DNA from: Fimbriosthenelais zetlandica
Lineage: Eukaryota
Direction: 5' to 3'
Assembly (NCBI GenBank): GCA_977030845.1
Contig: OZ365118.1
Coordinates: 21,824,001 to 21,888,000, forward strand
Length of the DNA: 64,000 nucleotides
Below the pieces are notes generated by a model. That model worked only from the letters and a program-made list of their open reading frames with translations. It was not told the origin of the DNA and made no database searches. Positions 13,601 through 28,089 of the stretch are shown piece by piece (position 1 is the stretch's first letter; every line of letters starts with the position of its first letter). The position numbers and the translations under genes were made by a program.

Positions 13601-16600
13601 TCTGTGACAGTGATAAATAGGGCTGATCTGACATGGTACAGAGACAATGCGACCCTTCTTTGTTAGCTTTTTAACGGCTCATTTGGGATTCTTAGGATTT
13701 GGTTGAGTTTGAGTAGATTTGCTCTCATCTCTGAAAAAGCCTCCATGAGTTATATTTTTCATACGGAGAAGCAGTGGTGGATCCAGGGGTTGGGGGTTGT
13801 ATCACTTGATACTAAGTTTAACTGGAAGAACTGTTTACTAAAAGTGTCATAAAAATATTCAAGAGCAAGAAATTGAATCTCTGGTTGGAAGAGTAGACTG
13901 AATGGCTGTATTCTAAGATTCATGGCCAGTCTAAATGATTAGAGTTAGATCTGGATTATGAGACATCAACATGTATGACATCCATATGGATCCTGTCTAC
14001 CATCGTTGGCGGCCTGGTCCGTGGTCATGTGATCCAGGCTAAGCGTGCTGGGTAACATGCCTCTTTGTTTGAAATCATTCCATGCAATCAGCAACTAAAG
14101 AAACTTTGATAATATAAAGTAAAACACCCGGTGTCACTGGTGGTTCTCTATTGTTGAGAGAGCTCTAATTGAGATCTATACTGAGGTTAATTGACATTAC
14201 AGATCCATGTTCACTTACTCTATCTGATATCATTTACTAAAATTACACCGGGGAATGCCCTCAGACAAGATATCCATATACTACTAGATCATTTCTTTTT
14301 GTTCCCTACTTGGTATGTTAGGACCAGCAATATATCCCATTTAGGTTTGAAAAGAGTTGATTTTTGTTAAGGAAAATGATGAGGGAATGAATGGTTGTGG
14401 TTTTGAGGTAATCCCACTGTTTAAGTTTCCACTCATGTTTAGTGAGATGAGAGTGTCTGGTTGACTCAGCTATCATTGTTCTCCAGTGTTTACCGTTTAG
14501 TCAGTTTGTCCTATTTACCGTGAAATGACTGATGAGTGACAGGGAGCAGTTAGTCAACAACTGTCTGCTCATATCGGTCAAGTCTTGACCAGAGACTGAC
14601 CAGTATGTGGGTGTGTTATGATGCAGGAAGCAGTTAACATGCCATGTCGTTACTACATGGTATGTCTACTCACCCACAAACTGACATTCCTGTTATATTG
14701 GAACCACTACTAGCACAGCCAGCCCTATACTCCGTCTACTACTAGCCCTGCTGCTGTATCTGGTCTGACATGTCTCACATTGGTCCTGGTGATGCAAAGA
14801 TGCTGAGTTTATGTAAGAATAAATGCATGCAATTATTTATTGATTTGCATGAAGATTTGCCATGTTATAGCATTTCTAAACTTCACTATAGTGAATGTTG
14901 TGCCAGATCGAGATATGATTTTGCTATTGTCATATTATAATCATCCTCAAAGAACTTTACAGAGAAGTTTCACCACTTGTGGAATAGAGACTGATGCATT
15001 AACTTTCATATGAGAAACTGTTGATTTTCATCCATACACATAGCTGTAATTAGCCATGAATGAGCGCCAAATTAAGGCTGTATTTTAATTAATTATCTCA
15101 CACCATGTTTCCACGTGCCATTCTCATAATTAACTTAAATCATTCATGAACATTTAAATTTATGATTATTTAAAATGCGGTAACGCACACAAAGAGTGGC
15201 CAGGCAAGTTATTCCAAGCACACCTCTGGGAAAATTTATGATAATATGAGGCAGAAATGTCCATGAATTATTGACAGCCATTAGTTTTAGCTTTCATTAC
15301 AAAGTTTCATGTTCACTAGTAAGGTTGGGACCTTTTGTTATGAAAATATTTATCACAAACACGTTTGGGGGAGGCTGGAGGTGAGGCTGGTTGGCCTTCT
15401 GTGAGGCTGGTCCACCTTCTGCCGGGGTAGAACCTTTATCTCAATAATCACGTATTTGATGAGAGCTCCTGATATCAAGGTGTTGTCATCAGACTGGTGT
15501 CCATGCACGCACACTCTATACATGAAACTCTCCCAACCCCCCCCCCCCCCCAACCTCTATATTTTTATAAGCCTACCCCAATGCTGTCACCTCCCCCACC
15601 CCTAAGCTGAAACCCGTACACTCCTCTGTTACAATTCATACCCCGAAACCACCCCACATTTTTCACAAATATTTTTCCACAGACGTCCGCAGCTCTTAGT
15701 TATCTCAATCGATATGAATAATATCAACTTTCCAGGTATTTTTGGATATTTCCCAAGCTTAGGAATAATAGTTAGGCCTATATCATTGGTAATGTTCCTT
15801 TTGGAATAGGCACCATGCTTTTACAATATTCATATAGTTTATATCTGGTGAATTGGACTGGACATGGCCCTTTTGCAGAAAAAACAATTGAAGAGTAAAA
15901 AGGTGCAAGTCTAGTTTGTCAAGCAGTGTTCATGCTATCAGTAAGGTTAATGGGAGATGCTTTATGACTGACGTTCTCTTAGCCTTGATGAGCGGTAGGG
16001 TGGGTGGGGGGGGGGGGGGCGGGGTTAGAATGAGTGCATGAAATGATGCCTTCATTTTGATACTGTGTCGGTAGACAATATGAAAAGTTTATGATGAGCT
16101 AGTAAAAGAAGCAGCTGGCCTGTAGCTGCACGCCTCACTGACTCTCTATGATGGTCTATAGACCAGGCTAGAGTCGTCCTACTTTAATCTAGCCATTGTT
16201 TTGGCATTTTCCCAGCTCTATAGCAAAAGTACCTCCCCTTATTAATGTCCATTGTTTGATGATTTTCCAGTAATATCATAGAGTAAAACATGAACTTTTC
16301 TAGGAAGACCAAATTCAGACACAAAATTATTTTTAAAAACTAAAAATGTTTGAGAAATGTTCAGTAAGAGGGACACTTCTAGGCATTGTAAGATTGCAGT
16401 TTAATTCGGATCCTAGCATAAAATATTTCTAAGGGAAATCACCATCTGTGCCATGGTTTTCAATGCCTACGACCTACATGCCAAAAAGTAAAATAAAATG
16501 CCATATTAATTAATCATAAGGCTAGGTTCATATAATCATGTATGTGAATCACTGTGCTAGTTTATGTAGAGAACTGTCCATTAGCTGACTGTATACTGTC

Positions 16601-19122
16601 CCTAATACACACCACACTGACTACAAACACCCACCTCTATACCAATAAATCAAGACAATCATAAGTTACCATGGTTTATTGCACTCTGAGTCTATTCTCT
16701 GTTATTATCCCCCCTCCCCTACTCCACCTAATTCTCCCCGCTACCGTCCCCCCCTCCCCCCCACCTCTACCCACAGCTCCCCGTCACGGGGCTGGTATAC
16801 CGTTATACCTTTGTTAGGTGGAATATAAGTTCATGTTTCACGCTCAGGTATATTGTAGTGTGGGATGGGGATGCTGGACATGGCTATGTCCCAATCTAAG
16901 CATTGCTTATGCTAGACTTTGAATTGAGAAAGATGCATTTTGTTCTATACTAATAGAACTACCTATGCACTCCATATCACATTCCATCCCCTATCATTAT
17001 AAAGATTAACTGTTTTAATATTTGTTTAAATTCTGATTTAGTACTTGATACCCGAGTCAGACTGATGCCCTTTAGCTCAGTGTTTTAATGGGTATATAGG
17101 GGTGGCCTACACCTCCCACACCCTCCTCTCACATGGCTTGTATAATGATAATTATCATCCACTTATTAAGCCTGGGAGGCACGTGTGCTATATGATACCA
17201 TCTATCTGTTTAATAAACACTACATATTCCACCCCCGGGCCATATGAGGCTCGTACAAACCTCCATCCACCAATCACCAATTTAAATTTAGATTTTTAAA
17301 TCTGCAATTATCATTTTTTTGCCTAATGCATCATAGTTGTCTGATCTTATTTTGAATATAATTTAAGGTGGTATTCACAGAGAATCATTAACATTAATCA
17401 TGTGTGACAAATGTCTTTTATATCTTAATTTATCCCATTTACTAGTCAATATCTAATCACTTTTATTGATGGTATTGACCATTAAGATGAGACTCATGAA
17501 TCATGTGTATATGCCCATCATGATGGCTGACGATATGACGGCACCAATTTGTAAGTAAATAGTTTGGTTGATGTATGTGTTCCCCCTGTGGGTCCACCCC
17601 GGAGTCCTACCCCAGGCTGGATGTGGCATCAAATGGACATTACCGTACTGCCTGCAAGAAACGCCCATATACCTATATCAATTTATCACCTATCATAAAA
17701 CCTTTTGTCATTATATATGACATTTCATTTCTATAATAGAAATGAGCAAAAACTTGTCACCCTATCAATAAAATATGGAAAATTATCAGAATTATAAAGT
17801 CCACTAACTCAGGAGTGAGTGATAAGAAGCCGGGTGTTTAGCCGCTAGTATACGGTAACCTGGTTTATCAGGTGAACCTGAGACCGTCTGATCCAGGACT
17901 TGTCATACGGAGCCTGACCACATGGCTTCCGTCAACCCATGACGCGTGCCGACCCTTGTCTCGTGGACATTACAAACATGTCTCAGTGGGCGAGCATTTA
18001 GGTCCGTGTGTGATAAGATACCAGTGACCAGCCTGCTACCCCCAGCTATCTCACATATCTACCATGTCAGAACCCCCGGATCTAACATGGCAGGCGTCCT
18101 ACCAGGCTGGGGTCAGGAGTCGGTGAAATGTGCCTCATTTACTGATATTTCCTGGGAAATTACTCGCCTATCAAATACTGAAAGTGCATCAACTTCTGGG
18201 TGAATTTCAATTCATCATTTCCCTGTCCGTTTAAATGTTTAAATGCTGAAATGTTGAGCTCAGAATCCTATGGAAAGGTTAGTTAAATTATGATGGATTG
18301 GTTTGATGCAAATCTTGGAGGTAATCTTTCAATCCATGAAAATAAAATGGCACAGAAATTCCCAGTGTATGACCCTTGATGGTAGAGTTCATGGGATGTT
18401 TTTATAAAGGTTATCATTCACCAATTATTGATAGCTTGTCTATGGGGAGGGGTGGGGGTCGGGGATGGACTGTTGATATGACTTGATGCAGTGAGAATGT
18501 TCACATTGTTTTCTAGTTTTATAGCATCTCATCCCGGCTAATTATTCATACAGCTCACATTGTGATTCGTGTGATGATGGGAGGAGGAATCATCCTCTCA
18601 TGCTTCATCAGTCAAAGTAAACTCACCTCACCTCTATTGTGCCGGCTTAATACATTATCCATGAAATAGATGGATGGACGAGAAACAATAGAATCCATTG
18701 GCGAGGTCAGAAATATTTAAATATTGGAGATTGTGTCGTGGCAACATTTTGTATTTGGGAGTCCCAAAGTGGCTTTATCTCAAGGGACAAATTATAATCT
18801 CTGTTTTGATTATCAAAATAAGCTGATGTCCATATTGATTAGTTTTAGAACACGTGTCTCAACCCTTCCCCTCATGAATTTATATTGAGGAAGCCCCAGC
18901 CCCCTAAAATAGACCCCAAAATGTAGAACTTGTACTTGTTTATCAGCCAGAAATATTGACTGATGCACGCCTGAGTGATCGTGGACATGAGAACATCAAT
19001 ACCTGATGTCTGAATTAGACCCATCATCCTCATCTACGGGTTAAAAACGATGAGACATTGACTGAGTAATGAGTGTAGAACCATGATATATTCATAAACC
19101 ACCAGCCTGCCGAGCACATCAA

Positions 19123-19200
19123 ACCATCTACCCCCAACATCCCACCATCTACCCCACTACATCCCACCATCTACCCCCCAACATCCCACCCCACCCCCCT
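19123..19200. repeat. ~22-bp C-rich tandem repeat x3
   Basis: accatctacccc(c)a(a/ct)acatccc units. Confidence 0.8.
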
Positions 19201-21880
19201 ATATCCCACAACCAACCATATCTACTGAGCAACAAAAAGATATTAAAGTCCAATTATTGTCCTCTCACTTGAGAGAACTAATTATTACGTAACCCACCCC
19301 CTACCTGGACAAAAGTTATGAAGAACAAAAAAAAATGATAAAGCCCAAATGTTCCTCTACATGCTCGATCAACTTCATTATTATACTCTTCCCCCCAGCA
19401 GGTGAAAATATAATGCACATTGCCAAGTCATTGATAATGAAATGAATCAGGATAATTGTCTGTGTTTAAATCCATTCCACTTCAGTTATCAATAGCAATG
19501 GTTTTCCAATTGTTGAAATTGAATGACAGTTTGGAAATGCATCATGAGCATGAAAAGTTTATTAATGTCAATTATTTATAAACAATTATAAAGTATATAG
19601 CATGGTTTACAATGTTGTTTCAACCATTCTACATACAGGTTAATGTTTGTTAACAATCATAACATTTTGACACTACCCAACCACGGAATAATGCCGAAAC
19701 TACAAACAAAAATTGACATGAGTTTTCACCAATACATGTACAAGCCCTACCCTCCCCCGTGCATTATAACCATGTATGTCCAGTAATAACGGGGTATGTT
19801 TAATAATCAACCCTGGTTATTGTATGATAAACCTGCCTATATAAGGCTGCTATGTTTGAGTTGTAGTTTGTATTGAGTTTGTCATACTTGGCTGGCAGAG
19901 CATTGGTTTGTACATGGGACTTCATCCGTTAGAAAATAGAACTTAATATGGAAATACCCATAAAAATAACCCATCTTTTGACATGTTATGGCTTGGTGTC
20001 TGAGTGACACCTGACAAACTCCACCTATAGTTACAACAACCTGTGATCTACTCATGGTGAAATGCTCTTAAGAATGTGTGGAAGTTTGGAGCCAAACTGT
20101 TTTCTCCAAAATTATATTTTGGAGAATCGATAGAGAGAAAATAGTCGGGGAAGTGGGGAATCCCCTCCTACCCCCCTACCCCCCCCCCCCCAATAGTCCA
20201 AGTTTTTCCTTCCCCAACCGTTATCGACCATTTCCTTTAGCATCAGCATTGTATACAAAGTTAAAGGTCATCTTATACACCTTATAAGCAGGTATAATAA
20301 GTTGTGAATGTGCATACATAAACCGCAGGTGTATCAGTCTACCCCTGCCCCTCCCTGCCCCGCGCTCCTGCTTGTCACATTGTTTTTAATTAGTCATTAA
20401 GTAGTATGTAGTCGTTAGTCTAACAAAGCTGACCGCTTATAAGATGCTGGAGACAAATGACATGTCAAAGAGCGGGTAGAGGGTGAGAAATGGTACTAGC
20501 TGTGTGGACACAGGTGTCCCGGGGGGCGGCCATTCCTTATACTACACCACTCATTGACACCATGGGGCTGACCCCCAGAAATATTAATTTAGCACCCTGA
20601 AAAATAAATGACCATTCCCTGCAGCTATGATGGTCAGAAGTCCTGCCAGATTCCATGTAGAGTCCGAGTTACTGGGACCTGGACATTGGTATTTATTGGG
20701 GTAGAAATTATAACGACTTAAACAAATCTGAGATTGCAAAAATATAGTCCACAGATTTTGACGAGTCCGCAAGATTTAGTTTTCCATGAAATCTAGTTTC
20801 TCTTCCTGAAACTAAGTTTTGAAAACATAAATATTTAAGAGTATAAACGTCTGCGTCATTAGGTCTAGGGGGAGGGGCGGGAGACCTGCTACCACCCCGC
20901 CTGACAGATGAGGGGTCGAGTTCTACCCCCGGGCGAAAATCTCATCCCAATCAGTTTCTGCTCCGACTAACCCCAATGACCAGACGACGTGAATTCCTTT
21001 AGTTTCTTACAATGTAAAGAATTACCTTGACGCTATAGAGAGTATCAGAGAGGAAAACCAAGAGCAGGGGCTATAGAAAAACTGAGCTTTATAAATGAGA
21101 ATTAATTCATGAAAATATACACTGCTGGGATTTTATAAGAGTGCACTTAATCCACTTGACTTTTTTCCTGTATAAAAAAACTCATTCTGTGGAGATAAAT
21201 GATTGCCTGGCTCTTATATGTATGCAAGGTCGACCTTTTATATACCGTATAGTTTATCTTTATCTATTTGAAACATTATTGGGAATTATTCCCTAATAAT
21301 AACGTATGATATTTTATATGGAATAGATCAATTCTTCCACATATAAGACAATGTATTTAAGATTATTTGACGGTCTAACAGACACTGGAATGATAAGTGC
21401 TCTGGCGTTGTTTGGAGACTATACGGTGTCTATTTTTCCTCTATGCGAGAGATCAGGATGACTGGTTGGGAGTAGAGATTTGCATTCAAGTCAGTCTGTC
21501 GGATCATATCAAGAGATTTTAAAAGAAACTCGATGGTTATCCACGCCAACCTCAGAGGCAAACTGGAAATGGAGAAGTAAACAAATTGTCTCAGTATAGG
21601 TGAACCTAACACCTTGTACATGGTCTGATCCACCCTATACCTTACTGTGGTTCATTGTGATTCACTGCCAGGATATAATTCATCTCATTCACTCCCGGCT
21701 TTGTGTGAAATATCAAATCTAGCGCGGCCTATAAACACGTCCCTCCACCCATGTATCTGTCAGTCCACCAGCTTTACACTTACATCAAGTCTTGATACAT
21801 CCCTCATCAGATGTCCATGTCTCCCCCATCACTCACTTCACCTGTGAAATTAACATCCCCGGCTTCCCGCTTCCTTCTCT

Positions 21881-22260
21881 CAATGACGTCTGCTGGCATG
21901 GGACGTCCCCACCGCGCATTGAATGACGTCTGCTGGCATGGGACGTCCCCACCGCGCATTGAATGACGTCTGCTGGCATGGGACGTCCCCACCGCGCATT
22001 GAATGACGTCTGCTGGCATGGGACGTCCCCACCGCGCATTGAATGACGTCTGCTGGCATGGGACGTCCCCACCGCGCATTGAATGACGTCTGCTGGCATG
22101 GGACGTCCCCACCGCGCATTGAATGACGTCTGCTGGCATGGGACGTCCCCACCGCGCATTGAATGACGTCTGCTGGCATGGGACGTCCCCACCGCGCATT
22201 GAATGACGTCTGCTGGCATGGGACGTCCCCACCGCGCATTGAATGACGTCTGCTGGCACG
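21881..22260. repeat. 40-bp minisatellite, 9.5 essentially identical copies
   Basis: Unit gaatgacgtctgctggcatgggacgtccccaccgcgcatt starts at 21881, 21921 ... 22241. Internal copies identical; no spacers. Confidence 0.98.
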
Positions 22261-25200
22261 TCACACAACGTCATACCACGTCATACCCTGCGTTCATGGC
22301 TAATACTCACATAAATCTTCACAATCTCTTCATAATTACTACCTGGTCTTTATGATCCCTTACCCCACCTGTGATTAAAGAATTCCTTAAGTTTTGTGTT
22401 GGCAAACAAGCCCGGGGGACATGTATGTGTCAGTGGCCTCTCTATATATATTAACATTGATACTGTAATGTTTAGTGATCTGTTGAGCCTACTCGGACAT
22501 TGTGTGGTCGAGTGTTGGCTATACATACATAGACCTTGTTGAAAGGTCCTTTATCCAGAATGAAAAATGACATTTTTACTTGTTAAAAGCACTTAGAATA
22601 TCATTGAAGTTACATCCTCCCAGAAAAAACCCTGATCAATGCATGAGGTAGGGTCATTTTGGTATATTTCTCTTGACGATGGTTAGAGATCTTACTTTGT
22701 ATACAATATTTTGTCTGATATGCGCTTTGAAAGTAAATACATGACATAAAGCCCTCTACCCATCCCCGGGGGCTCACTCGCTACAGTCTCAAAGCCCACT
22801 CAGTCTAACTTCACTTCACTCACATTTCAACACCAAATTTAACCTCCACTTTTTATCAATTATGCGTTTCTTTGAGGAGAGTATTTGAATATGTCTTCAG
22901 TGGACTACAACTTCTCCTATTTCTAATTATACCAGCCGTACATGGCCTCCCTCTCTGTCTTTCCCGCCAACTCCTCCCGCAAAGGTAAAAATACTAGACG
23001 ATCAAGTCGTTTAGAGATGGCCGCGGGGGAAGGATGAGTCACGGTGGCTCACCAGATCTCCTTCTACCCAGAGGATACCACTGTCTACTGTTACATCTCA
23101 ACAAAGCTTCCCCAGCCTTCAACCTCTCCCCCATCATCATCTTCTCCTCTAATGCAGCGTTGGCCTCTTAGAACTTTACATACAAAATAAAGGTGTCAAG
23201 TAGTTGTCCTCTGTCTCTCCACTGAGGCAGAATTTGGTTTGATACCAGAAATCTCATGTTTTCCCTGAAGGCAGATTTAACATTAAAATCAGCTGCTTTG
23301 ACTTTAAGCGGTTAAACCTCCAGCTGTGAGATCATCTCGGTTAATACCCCCGGCCTTACACCCTGATAATGGAATCAAACATTTGATATTATTTACACTT
23401 CAATCATGTCGGACCATGACATGCGTGTCCGGCTACACCTCACATCATACAATGACCCCTGTAGACACTATTGGACACAGTACTTGACCACAACGAGCAG
23501 TTAAAGTTTAATCAAGTATTATATCTAACCCACATGTCATGTATATAAGGCAGCTCTGTGATGGTCACTCCAGGGGTTGACCCAGCCCTGGAGGTGGTCA
23601 GTCCTCCTGTGGGTGGACGCTGTGGGCCTCAATGACCCCCTCACGTTGACCACTCGGACGGTGGCCTGTAGCTCCATGCCCAGAGCCCTTTATGTCTATT
23701 CAATTTCGGGCGCATATTAGCTGTATATTATGACCAGATTTAAACGGTCAATGCCGAGAGCTTAGAGTCAAATGATTCATTTTTTCTAAGCTGAGAGTTA
23801 ATTTCCAAAAATGGCTAAAGTGCCCTTATGAATCATAAAGATTTGAAAGATTCATGCCATTCATATAGGGGGAAAGACTCTCAAAGTGTCAATATTGAAA
23901 ATACCCTTCCAAAATGATTATGGAAAGGTAGCTTGTTTCCAATATTTCAACAACTAAAACTTGTGCAAGTCTACGCCCACGCGCCCTTCCATCCATCCTA
24001 GAGTACACTAAGCATCCCTCTACCCACCGCCAATCTTCAGACCCACCCTACCTTAAACCCAGTTTACATTCTAAAACAAATCTCACTCAAGTATAGATGG
24101 CCTTTACTCAGGATGGTCAAGGAGTTATGTACCCCTCGCTGAGATTAGGGCTTCCGATTGAGTGGTCAGTGAAGAAGTGACCGTCGGGGGTCTGGACATT
24201 GGGCGGTGTAGTTGATCTATTCAATTTCCACCCATCATTGTGTCGGTTCTTGGCCGCCGCTTGTTTTTGCGCTTGGTCAGTGATGGTGATTGGATTTCAC
24301 CTCCTCACGTTAGAACCCGGATGATGGAGATGGTAGCTGTGATGGTCGTTAACATTCTCATATGGGGCTCTCTACACCTGGATATACTAACACTATCAAA
24401 GCTACAGAATAGGTGCTCTTACTACAGAATACAGAGCCCTATATGTCACTGATCAGTGGGGATAAATGCCAGTTCAGTACATTACAAGTTCTAATTTTGA
24501 ACTATAACTTTTCTCCCATTTTCAGTTTCTTTAATACAGCCACTTTAGAAGGCAAAATGTTTTAAACTGTTATCCGTAAAAGTCTAGGCAGAACATATTG
24601 TAACATGTTTCCTCTCCCACCCTGAGAGTGCTAGAGGCCCTTTAGGACCTCAGGGAAGTAAAGCCCTTCAGGCCCTTGGACCAGAAGCCCACTTGGTCAC
24701 CTGGTTGTGTACTAATTGGTCCCACTTCCCTTCATTATTGAGGATACCGTATGTGAGGAAAGCTTGTACCAAACAAGACCTTACCTTACCTACCAGATGG
24801 TCCCTCCTCACCCACCCCCTCACCCACCTTAACAAACCTTAACATATACTATCACCTTACCTGTAACCATGACGACCATGTCATCCCCTGACCACAGTCT
24901 CTGGGGTCAGATTGCTGAGGGCCCTCTGCCCCCTTTATATAATGTAAAGGTCTTAAAAGGGGCGGAAACTTGAAGGGTAAGACAGGGGGAAGGCAGTGAA
25001 ATGGACAAGTCTGGTATTGTTTGTGGTGAGGGGGTAGGAAGTGGCTAGTAGCGGTCAGTATGGCGTAGTATACCTGAGGGCGTGGCCAAGGTAAGGGTCA
25101 GTACTGGACATCACAGAGATTTAGGAGACTGGACACAAAAGATGAGTTTGTCAGCTGCATGTGTGAACGGGTTAATGCATGTCCGAGCGGTCATCAAATG

Positions 25201-25379
25201 GTCATCAGCAGATGTGTGCTCCCAGCCTACTCGATGACCACTACTCGCGGGAGGCGTATAGTGGTGACACACCTGGTGCTCACATAGACTGACCATTCTC
25301 CCCATGTCATCACTTGATCCCCAGTCTGTCCACTAAACTGAACCAGAGTAGGGATAGTTCCCATGTTGTAATAGGTTCT

Positions 25380-25520
25380 ACCAGAGAGACTACACCATAG
25401 TCTCTCTGGTTCTACCAATACTGAAGGTCCCGGGTTCAATTCCCCAAGCATTCTTCGCATTTGCCATTATCCTTCTCCACCCAGTGCTGCTAACTGGGAT
25501 ACCATTGATCAGTCATTTTT
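25380..25520 (+). mobile_element. Probable degenerate tRNA-derived SINE with an internal inverted duplication
   Basis: tRNA variable-loop/T-arm-like AAGGTCCCGGGTTCAATTCCC (B box 25433-25443). Downstream ctccacccagtgctgctaactgggatacc, of which 20 bp (25482-25501) recur exactly at 62002-62021. 13-bp inverted repeat at 25380-25392/25398-25410. Confidence 0.45.
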
Positions 25521-26520
25521 CCCTGACTGAGAGGCTTGTAAAAGGGCCATTGCTGCCTCCGGGAAGATCAGGCCATTGCGTGCCGACAGCGGGTTTCCTT
25601 CTCGTACAGAGATGGCTGAAAAATTTGAAACTGGACTTGGATCGGTTTGTTCACATGTACTGGTCTGAAACAAGTCTAAATGAAGGCATGTCCATTATGG
25701 CATGTGAGTGACCAGTGTCCAGTGTCGGGGGTAGTGGGTACTTGGCAGGGTAGGTGTAACATACAGCTCCATGATGAGCGACTCGCTGCCAAGTAACGAG
25801 TTAGTCATGCCATGTCTCACTCATAAAAACAAGCACCATGTCCACTCATTGCCAGCCCGTATGTGTCAATACAAACTACTGCCATGTTTATATACCAACA
25901 AATCCCTGCTAAAATACCATTCACTACACGCCAGGCGTGTTATTTCTATCATTAATAATGGCATTTTCAACATACCTGCCAGAATTGATTGCAACAATAA
26001 TTATGTTTTCTTGAATTAATACCAAGAGTGTTTATACCCAGAATATCAAAGTATTTCTATGAATTGCGCTCTAAATCTGGGCAATGAGATATATTAATAA
26101 ACATGTAAGGGGAGGTTTTAATTTCAATTCCTTCCCTGTTTAACTATTTTCTTTAATTTCTGATTAAATAACTAACATATGCCTGTATAATGCACCCTCA
26201 GTGTTGGCTGTATTTGTGATGTATAACTCTCTATTTTATCTTGATTCAAATCATTGCCTTTGATCATGACTCCGGGAGTTCTCAATGTTCCCCTTTTAAT
26301 CTAGATTTTTTAACTTTGGCTCATATATTACGATTCTCTAAGTAATGTTTGAAGGTTCCACTTTGTGTAGAGTGAATACCGTCCACCCTGGTCCTCATCC
26401 CTCCCCGTGCCCCCAGCCTTCACCCCGCCCCTCCCCCACCACAAAATATTACTTTTACCTCAAATCAATTTCTTTTTATCTCTTTCCATCTCTGTGAAAT
26501 AAATGGTGGTCCTAACGACG

Positions 26521-26580
26521 CCCCGTCTGTGACGTCACATGACGGGGTCACGTGATGAATGTGGCGTTCATTCACGTCAT
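26521..26580. promoter_or_regulatory. Quasi-palindromic CRE plus USF/TFE-type E-box cluster
   Basis: CCCCGTC-TGTGACGTCACA-T-GACGGGG, then GTCACGTGA, then TGAATG-N7-CATTCA and a further ACGTCA half site. Confidence 0.5.
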
Positions 26581-28019
26581 CAATGTGAGGGTCAGAGGGC
26601 GAGGCAGATAAGAGAAAAGGAAAAGGGGGTGGAAAGGCGAGGTTAAGTTAGCCGCGCTTTATGTATGGGGTTTATGTGAGTTTTTAGGGAAGGATTGTGC
26701 CATTAGTGGCTGGGTAGAGACGAGTAAGATGTCATTACTGAATGGAATCATTTCTCAAATGGATCTTTACTCTTGTAGGACATAAAGTACCGGCGTCTCT
26801 CCTACTACTGGCGTCCCATGTATTAAGTGGTTACCAAGTATCGTTCACAATACTACAAACTTACCACTAAATATCATTAATCGTTAAACCGACAGATCCT
26901 CATTTTATGATCATCATTTGTAGTGAGGATCTGTTATACCGAAAAAATACCCTTAATTGATAAAGCAGACGCAGACTATTTATGGGGAGTAGCTTAGCAA
27001 TCCATTACTTGATAGTAACTTACTTATGGAAGTATTTTAATTGCGAATTAATATAGATTTAATTGCGAATTAAAATACTATATCTCGTTTCCTATTCTAA
27101 TCTCTATTTATCAAAAACCTTTTCTCTTCTTGTTCTCTAACCTCCTTCTCTTCTCTCCTCTCTTTCTTCATTTTGAAGTTAATTATAATCCCTCATTATA
27201 TTTCCCTACTTCCACCTTAATGTCACTTTGTCCTACATCTGATGATATAAATAAACATCTACCCGGCTTTGATATAGCCGGGACCCCCTGTGATGGTCAC
27301 TTAGCTGACATGGACCCGGCAAGAAGTCAACGTCTCTAAGCTGGTCTAAACGTGAACATCAAGGTGTTTAATTCCAGGTATTACCACCTGTAATAGACCA
27401 GTCAGGTGGTCTATACCTGCTGATAGACGCTCAGTGGTTATTGTTTCCAGTATAGGACGGTAGCCCCCAGTACCTCTCATACCCCCTCACCCCTCACCCA
27501 TTGCCCCCTTTATCTATAGCTATAGGTCATCAGATGGAAATTGAATTGCCAACCAAGTGATGAACATCTTTCAATCGTGGTGCCAAGTAGGGATGATTTT
27601 TGTCTCAATCTTGGCATTAAATCACTGTGCCTGGTAGACTCAGTGGCAGGGATGGGGGGGGGGGGGGGGGGTGCTGGACAAAGAAAAGGCAAGCGGACAA
27701 AGTGGCAGTGGTTGTTTGTAAGTTTATGTGCAGGTAGAGAGGATGCGGCGGTGAGGATGCTGGTAATAGAATACAGGTAGAGAGAGTGGTGGTCAGCCCG
27801 TATAGACAGTGGTCAGCCCCTATAGTCACCAGGTACTGTGGTCAGTGTAAAACAACACCCAGTCAAGGTGTCAGGCTAAGGCATGAGGGTGGATGGGGTA
27901 ATTAAGGCAGGGTCAAGAGGTTTGTGTCACCTTTAGCGGGGTGAGGGATGGTCAGTACTAAGATGGGGTAATTATAGTGGTTACCTGGCCTCCATCACCT
28001 TCACCTATACCCCGGTGTA

Positions 28020-28089
28020 CCTTAATCTACCCCCGACCCACCTTAATCTACCCCCGGCACCACCCTAATCTACCCCCGGCACCACCCTA
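28020..28089. repeat. ~22-bp tandem repeat x3
   Basis: ctaatctacccccggcaccac-type units. Confidence 0.85.

Noticed and set aside
21881-22260. CRISPR-like array
   Set aside because: Units are head-to-tail with no unique spacers; there are no cas genes; the context is a spliced animal locus.
21807-22274. Three overlapping minus-strand ORFs with repeated FNARWGR, reminiscent of an RWamide neuropeptide precursor
   Set aside because: The unit is 40 nt (not a multiple of 3), so all frames give the same 40-aa repeat. There is no signal peptide, and the Arg is followed by Pro, a poor cleavage site.
25398-25443. Intact tRNA gene (also A/B-box-like words at 59658-59718)
   Set aside because: Box spacing is wrong and no acceptor or anticodon stems can be formed.
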